DNA from: a virus
Taxonomy: Duplodnaviria > Heunggongvirae > Uroviricota > Caudoviricetes
Reading direction: 5' to 3' (one strand)
Length of the DNA: 53,032 nucleotides
IMG/VR virus record: IMGVR_UViG_2541047822_000003
Numbering within the stretch: the first letter of the stretch is position 1; each line of letters begins with the position of its first letter. Below are positions 47,484 to 53,032 of this stretch, in pieces. The notes under the pieces are model-generated. The model was given only the letters and a program-made list of their open reading frames with translations. It ran no database searches and was not told where the DNA came from. Both the position numbers and the translations under genes were made by a program.

Positions 47484-48083
47484 ATGCGTAAAGTTTGTGC
47501 AGCAATTTTGTCCGCAGCCATTTGTCTGGCCGTATCCGGTGCGCCTGCATGGGCATCTGAACATCAGTCCACGCTGAGCGCGGGGTATCTTCATGCCTCG
47601 ACGAACGTTCCCGGCAGCGATGATCTGAACGGGATTAACGTGAAATACCGTTATGAGTTTACGGACACACTGGGGCTGGTGACGTCATTCAGCTATGCAG
47701 GAGACAAGAATCGCCAGCTTACCCGTTACAGCGATACCCGCTGGCATGAAGATTCCGTGCGTAACCGCTGGTTCAGCGTGATGGTGGGGCCGTCTGTGCG
47801 CGTGAATGAATGGTTCAGCGCGTATGCGATGGCGGGTATGGCTTACAGCCGTGTGTCGACTTTCTCCGGGGATTATCTCCGCGTAACTGACAACAAGGGG
47901 AAAACGCACGACGTGCTGACCGGAAGTGATGACGGTCGCCACAGCAACACGTCTCTGGCGTGGGGAGCTGGCGTGCAGTTTAACCCGACCGAATCCGTGG
48001 CCATTGATATTGCTTATGAAGGCTCCGGCAGTGGTGACTGGCGCACTGACGGTTTCATCGTGGGTGTCGGTTATAAATTCTGA
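47484..48083 (+). CDS. lomR: Lom/Ail-family outer membrane beta-barrel protein (intact)
   Basis: 199 aa with signal peptide ([13 protein letters not shown]) and C-terminal aromatic GVGYKF; Ail/Lom-like. Confidence 0.8.
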
Positions 48084-48109
48084 TTAGCCAGGTAACACAG
48101 TGTTATGAC

Positions 48110-48136
48110 AGCCCGCCGGTTCAGGCGGGCTTTTTT
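48110..48136 (+). terminator. Rho-independent terminator after lomR
   Basis: GCCCGCC-ggttcag-GCGGGC followed by TTTTTT. Confidence 0.75.
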
Positions 48137-48147
48137 GTGGGGTGAAT

Positions 48148-51100
48148 ATGGCAGTAAAGATTTCAGGTGTACTGAAAGACGGCACAGGAAAACCGGTACA
48201 GAACTGCACAATCCAGCTGAAAGCAAAACGTAACAGCACCACGGTGGTGGTGAACACGCTGGCCTCAGAAAATCCGGATGAAGCCGGGCGTTACAGCATG
48301 GACGTTGAGTACGGGCAGTACAGCGTTATTCTGTTGGTGGAAGGATTCCCGCCGTCACATGCCGGGACCATCACCGTGTATGAAGATTCCCGACCCGGTA
48401 CGCTGAATGATTTTCTCGGTGCCATGACGGAGGATGATGCCCGTCCTGAGGCTCTGCGCCGTTTTGAACTGATGGTGGAAGAGGTGGCGCGTAACGCGTC
48501 CGCGGTGGCACAGAACACGGCAGCCGCGAAGAAGTCAGCCGGCGATGCCGGCACATCTGCCCGTGAGGCGGCAACCCATGCGACTGATGCTGCAGGCTCA
48601 GCACGCGCAGCCAGCACGTCAGCCGGACAGGCCGCTTCGTCGGCTCAGTCAGCGTCTTCCAGCGCAGGAACGGCATCAACAAAGGCCACTGAAGCGGAAA
48701 AAAGTGCTGCCGCTGCAGAGTCCTCAAAAAGCGCGGCAGCTACCAGTGCCAGAGCCGCGAAAACGTCAGAAACGAATGCTGCAGCGTCACAACAATCAGC
48801 AGCCACTTCTGCATCCACCGCGACTACGAAAGCGTCAGAAGCTGCCACCTCAGCCCGGGATGCGTCGGCTTCAAAAGAGGCGGCAAAATCATCAGAAACG
48901 AACGCATCCTCGAGCGCCAGTAGTGCCGCTTCCTCGGCAACGGCGGCAGCAAATTCCGCGAAGGCGGCAAAAACGTCCGAGACGAACGCCAGGTCTTCTG
49001 AGACGGCAGCGGGACAGAGCGCCTCAGCTGCGGCAGGCTCAAAAACAGCGGCTGCGTCGTCTGCCAGTGCCGCGTCAACAAGTGCCGGGCAGGCCTCAGC
49101 CAGTGCCACCGCTGCCGGAAAGTCGGCAGAAAGCGCCGCATCATCCGCTTCAACAGCCACAACGAAGGCTGGCGAAGCCACTGAACAGGCCAGCGCAGCA
49201 GCGAGGTCAGCTTCCGCAGCGAAGACATCCGAAACGAACGCGAAAGCGTCGGAAACCAGCGCAGAATCCTCAAAAACGGCTGCCGCATCGTCCGCCAGTT
49301 CGGCGGCGTCATCTGCATCATCGGCGTCTGCTTCAAAAGATGAGGCGACCAGACAAGCGTCCGCAGCGAAGGGCAGCGCCACGACAGCATCCACGAAGGC
49401 GACAGAGGCAGCTGGCAGTGCGACGGCGGCAGCACAGAGCAAAAGTACGGCGGAATCCGCAGCAACGCGCGCCGAGACAGCAGCAAAACGGGCAGAGGAT
49501 ATTGCATCCGCTGTGGCGCTTGAGGATGCGAGCACGACGAAAAAGGGGATAGTACAGCTCAGTAGTGCGACTAACAGCACTTCCGAGTCACTGGCGGCAA
49601 CACCAAAAGCCGTTAAGGCCGCGTATGACCTGGCTAACGGGAAATACACCGCACAGGATGCAACGACAGCACAGAAAGGGATAATCCAGCTAAGCAGCGC
49701 GACCAACAGCACGTCTGAAACGCTTGCCGCGACACCAAAGGCAGTAAAAACAGCCTATGACAATGCTGAGAAACGTCTGCAGAAAGATCAGAACGGTGCG
49801 GATATCCCTGGCAAAGACACCTTTACGAAAAATATTGGTGCCTGCCGTGCCTTTGGTGGGTCAGTAAGCACAATAACAGGAAACTGGACGACTGCACAGT
49901 TTATCGAGTGGCTGGATTCTCAGGGAGCATTTAACCATCCCTACTGGATGTGCAAGGGTTCCTGGTCTTATGGCAATAATAAAATCATTACTGATACTGA
50001 CTGCGGTAATATTCATCTCGCCGGAGCTGTCATTGAAGTAATGGGGATAAAGTCAGCGATGACGATCCGCATTACCACACCGACCACCTCCACTGGTGGT
50101 GGAACAACTAACGCCCAGTTTACCTATATTAATCACGGAACAGATTATTCACCTGGCTGGCGAAGGGACTATAACTCCAGAAATAAGCCAACGGCATCAG
50201 AGATCGGGGCGTTACCGTCAGGTGGAACAGCAGTATCATCAGTTAATCTGTCTTCAAAAGGTCGGGTAACCGCGCTGACAGACAATACGCAGGGGGCAAC
50301 AGGTCTTGAGTTATACGAGGTGTATAACAACGGATATCCAACAGCGTATGGAAATATCATTCACCTGAAAGGGATGACAGCCGTTGGCGAAGGTGAGTTA
50401 CTCATCGGCTGGAGTGGTACAAGCGGTGCTCATGCTCCGGCATTTATTCGTTCACGACGGGATACGACCGACGCAAACTGGTCGCCGTGGGCGCAGCTTT
50501 ACACCTCGGCTCATCCTCCTGCAGAGTTTTATCCAGTCGGTGCACCAATCCCGTGGCCATCAGATACCGTTCCGTCTGGCTATGCCCTGATGCAGGGGCA
50601 GACTTTTGACAAATCTGCATACCCGAAACTTGCAGCGGCTTATCCGTCAGGCGTGATCCCTGATATGCGTGGCTGGACGATTAAGGGCAAACCTGCCAGT
50701 GGTCGGGCCGTATTGTCTCAGGAACAGGACGGCATTAAATCGCATACCCACAGCGCCAGCGCATCCAGTACGGATTTGGGGACGAAAACCACATCGTCGT
50801 TTGATTACGGCACTAAATCCACGAATAACACTGGTGCGCATACCCATAGTTTAAGTGGCAGCACGAATGCAGCTGGTAATCACAGCCATAGAGATGGCCG
50901 TCGATTTAACCCCAGTGTTTTTAAAGATACTTATCAATATGGTTATACAAGCTCAGGTCAAAATACCTGGGGTGTACAAGGCTCAGTAGGTATGTCTACG
51001 GGGTGGTTAGCTAATACCAGTACAGATGGTAATCATAGCCACTCACTGTCCGGCACAGCAGCATCTGCAGGTGCACACGCGCATACTGTCGGTATTGGTG

Positions 51101-51219
51101 CTCATACGCACTCCGTTGCGATTGGTTCACATGGACACACCATCACCGTTAACGCTGCTGGTAATGCGGAAAACACCGTCAAAAACATCGCATTTAACTA
51201 TATTGTGAGGCTTGCATAA
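48148..51219 (+). CDS. stfR: Side tail fiber protein
   Basis: ORF from 48142 (GTG); ATG 48148 preferred ([16 protein letters not shown]); long Ala/Ser-rich repeat tract then C-terminal His-rich repeats (GAHTHS, GNHSHS). Confidence 0.85.
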   Translation: MAVKISGVLKDGTGKPVQNCTIQLKAKRNSTTVVVNTLASENPDEAGRYSMDVEYGQYSVILLVEGFPPSHAGTITVYEDSRPGTLNDFLGAMTEDDARPEALRRFELMVEEVARNASAVAQNTAAAKKSAGDAGTSAREAATHATDAAGSARAASTSAGQAASSAQSASSSAGTASTKATEAEKSAAAAESSKSAAATSARAAKTSETNAAASQQSAATSASTATTKASEAATSARDASASKEAAKSSETNASSSASSAASSATAAANSAKAAKTSETNARSSETAAGQSASAAAGSKTAAASSASAASTSAGQASASATAAGKSAESAASSASTATTKAGEATEQASAAARSASAAKTSETNAKASETSAESSKTAAASSASSAASSASSASASKDEATRQASAAKGSATTASTKATEAAGSATAAAQSKSTAESAATRAETAAKRAEDIASAVALEDASTTKKGIVQLSSATNSTSESLAATPKAVKAAYDLANGKYTAQDATTAQKGIIQLSSATNSTSETLAATPKAVKTAYDNAEKRLQKDQNGADIPGKDTFTKNIGACRAFGGSVSTITGNWTTAQFIEWLDSQGAFNHPYWMCKGSWSYGNNKIITDTDCGNIHLAGAVIEVMGIKSAMTIRITTPTTSTGGGTTNAQFTYINHGTDYSPGWRRDYNSRNKPTASEIGALPSGGTAVSSVNLSSKGRVTALTDNTQGATGLELYEVYNNGYPTAYGNIIHLKGMTAVGEGELLIGWSGTSGAHAPAFIRSRRDTTDANWSPWAQLYTSAHPPAEFYPVGAPIPWPSDTVPSGYALMQGQTFDKSAYPKLAAAYPSGVIPDMRGWTIKGKPASGRAVLSQEQDGIKSHTHSASASSTDLGTKTTSSFDYGTKSTNNTGAHTHSLSGSTNAAGNHSHRDGRRFNPSVFKDTYQYGYTSSGQNTWGVQGSVGMSTGWLANTSTDGNHSHSLSGTAASAGAHAHTVGIGAHTHSVAIGSHGHTITVNAAGNAENTVKNIAFNYIVRLA
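48540..49500 (+). repeat. Repetitive Ala/Ser/Thr-rich coding tract inside stfR (recurrent AAKTSETNA-type units)
   Basis: Repeated KTSETNA, SAAAS and ASTSAGQAS units; GC-rich repetition explains long open frames on five other frames here. Confidence 0.7.
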
Positions 51220-51794
51220 TGGCATTCAGAATGAGTGAACAACCACGGACCATAACAATTTATAATCTGCTGGCCGGAACTAATGAATTTATTGGTGAAG
51301 GTGATGCATATATTCCGCCTCATACAGGTCTGCCAGCAAACAGTACCGATATTGCACCGCCAGATATTCCGGCTGGCTTCGTGGCTGTTTTCAACAGTGA
51401 TGAGTCATCGTGGCATCTCGTTGAAGATCATCGGGGTAAAACGGTTTATGACGTGGCTTCCGGCAACGCGTTATTTATTTCTGAACTCGGTCCGTTACCG
51501 GAAAATGTTACTTGGTTATCGCCGGAAGGGGAGTTTCAGAAGTGGAACGGCACAGCCTGGGTGAAGGATACGGAAGCAGAAAAACTGTTCCGGATCCGGG
51601 AGGCGGAAGAAACAAAAAACAACCTGATGCAGGTAGCCAGTGAGCATATTGCGCCGCTTCAGGATGCTGCAGATCTGGAAATTGCAACGGAGGAAGAAAT
51701 CTCGTTGCTGGAAGCATGGAAAAAGTATCGGGTATTGCTGAACCGTGTTGATACGTCAACTGCACAGGATATTGAATGGCCAGCACTGCCGTAG
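51219..51794 (+). CDS. tfaR: Tail fiber assembly protein
   Basis: 191 aa; start overlaps the stfR stop (TAATG); recognised as Tfa family. Confidence 0.85.
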   Translation: MAFRMSEQPRTITIYNLLAGTNEFIGEGDAYIPPHTGLPANSTDIAPPDIPAGFVAVFNSDESSWHLVEDHRGKTVYDVASGNALFISELGPLPENVTWLSPEGEFQKWNGTAWVKDTEAEKLFRIREAEETKNNLMQVASEHIAPLQDAADLEIATEEEISLLEAWKKYRVLLNRVDTSTAQDIEWPALP

Positions 51795-51891
51795 GGTAAA
51801 ACATATAAATTCTATAATTAGATGTATCTTTCCATTTACGGCAAGGAAGGGGGCTTGGAAGACGTAAAGCATCTCACACCGAGATTATTTT

Positions 51892-52482
51892 TTATATGTC
51901 AGGTGTCTGAAGTTTTGCTTTGGCTCTTAAAATGGTTTGCCGCGAGGTTTTGAATTCCCGGGCAATGGCACTTATACTTACACCTGACTTAATTCGTTCG
52001 AATACCACCTGTTTCTGTTCTTCATTTAACACAGGTGGTCGACCAAAACGTTTCCCTGCGCCGCGGGCTCTTACTATCCCGGAATGAGTGCGTTCAAGTA
52101 AAAGGTCTCGTTCAAATTCAGCGACTGCTGAAATTACTTGCATCATCATTTTTCCTGTTGGACTGGTCAGGTCAATGCCACCCAATGCTAAGCAATGCAC
52201 TCTGATACCTGTTTCGGTCAGTTGTTCCACTGTTTTCCTGATATCCATTGCATTACAACCAAGGCGATCCAGTTTTGTCACAATCAATTGATCACCACAT
52301 TTCAGGCGAGCAAGCAACCGGTTAAAACCAGGACGCTCACTGGTTGCTGCTGAGCCGCTAATGTGTTCTTCGATTATTTGCTGAGGTTTGATTTTAAAAC
52401 CTGCACTTTCGATTTCCCGGCGTTGATTTTCGGTGGTCTGATCCAGCGTTGATATCCGACAGTAAGCAAAAATTCGAGACAT
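51892..52482 (-). CDS. pinR: Serine recombinase / DNA invertase (Pin family)
   Basis: 196 aa [20 protein letters not shown]... with catalytic Ser motif and C-terminal HTH; convergent with tfaR. Confidence 0.9.
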
Positions 52483-52798
52483 AGTGAGACTCTATACGAA
52501 ATTGGTGTTCATATCATAATGCATCTCAGAAAATAATTATGATTATTTTTGTGCATATTTGTATGTACACGTTCGAAAATAAACGAATGCGTATGCAACC
52601 CCGTAATTTTGGTGAGACCCAAAATCGATTTTGTGAAAAATGGCTTTGACTCGGTTTGTTTTTCGAGTTCCGGGCGGACTCAAGGAAGAAGAATAGTGTT
52701 GCGTGTTATTTTAACCAGATTTCAAGTTGTTTGGTCGTGGAAAAGTGGAGCAAAATGTTGTTAAAGTGGAAAAATGATAAAAAAGTAAGTTTATTATA

Positions 52799-53032
52799 TT
52801 ACATTTTACCATTTAAATTTTGGTTGTCTTTAAGAACTGATATCGCTGTTTGTAATAATTCTTTGTTATCCAGCCATGATTTTTTCTTTATGTTTCCTTC
52901 AATGTAATCAAGCAATGTTCTGGTATTGATAGGTCTTCCCTGTTTTGCTACTTCCACTACAGCATCCCCTAGGATAATTCTTACTTCAGGAAGCTGCGCA
53001 GGGAACCACTTTAGGGTGTCTTTTGATTTCAT
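52799..53032 (-). CDS. ynaE: YnaE/YdfK-family small protein (cold-shock-induced)
   Basis: 77-aa ORF MKSKDTLKWFPAQLPEVRIILGDAVVEVAKQGRPINTRTLLDYIEG...; start codon is the last three bases of the window. Confidence 0.8.
   Translation of the reverse strand: MKSKDTLKWFPAQLPEVRIILGDAVVEVAKQGRPINTRTLLDYIEGNIKKKSWLDNKELLQTAISVLKDNQNLNGKM

Noticed and set aside
48545-49712. Long ORFs on other frames and the opposite strand (335 aa R/Q/P-rich; 355 aa and 227 aa antisense)
   Set aside because: All fall within the repetitive Ala/Ser-rich tract of stfR; they are frame artefacts of the repeat composition.
51795-52798. Invertible segment with gix/hix-like crossover sites for the Pin invertase
   Set aside because: No pair of inverted AAACC-NN-GGTTT-type crossover sites found near tfaR or the pin gene, and only one tfa gene is present; by-eye search only.
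1-53032. Prophage attachment sites (attL/attR)
   Set aside because: The window begins at the int stop codon and ends at the ynaE start codon; both expected att sites lie outside the window.

Overview
This window is a near-complete Rac-type lambdoid prophage of Escherichia coli, running from the integrase (intR, pos 1-1236) to pinR/ynaE at the right end; the att sites lie outside the window. Gene identities are from my reading of the supplied ORF translations and the raw sequence, by recall of known proteins and motifs; no database search or alignment was run. Modules in order: integration/early-left operon (intR, xisR, ydaC, ralR, recT, recE, racC, ydaE, kilR), sieB, ydaF/ydaG, immunity switch (racR divergent from ydaS-ydaT, with palindromic operators on both flanks), an O-like replication gene with embedded iterons, a ~7 kb AT-rich cargo region, a nin/Q-like block, two TolA-C-terminal-domain lipoproteins, a phage-21-type lysis cassette, trkG, a ParB-like/GT-A-like pair, then terminase, head and lambda-like tail genes (M, L, K, I, J), lomR, stfR, tfaR. 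The tape-measure gene is split by a complete 768-bp IS1 with a 9-bp target duplication. The most interesting part is the cargo region (10.5-17.6 kb): a BetT-like BCCT transporter, a DUF2254-like membrane protein, a putative HEPN protein, a putative PD-(D/E)xK nuclease and a candidate small hydrophobic peptide, with copies of a 28-bp palindromic element (11-bp arms around a GTGCCA core) at the unit junctions. I read this as a candidate cassette array possibly carrying anti-phage or toxin functions; the domain calls rest on short motifs and are unverified.
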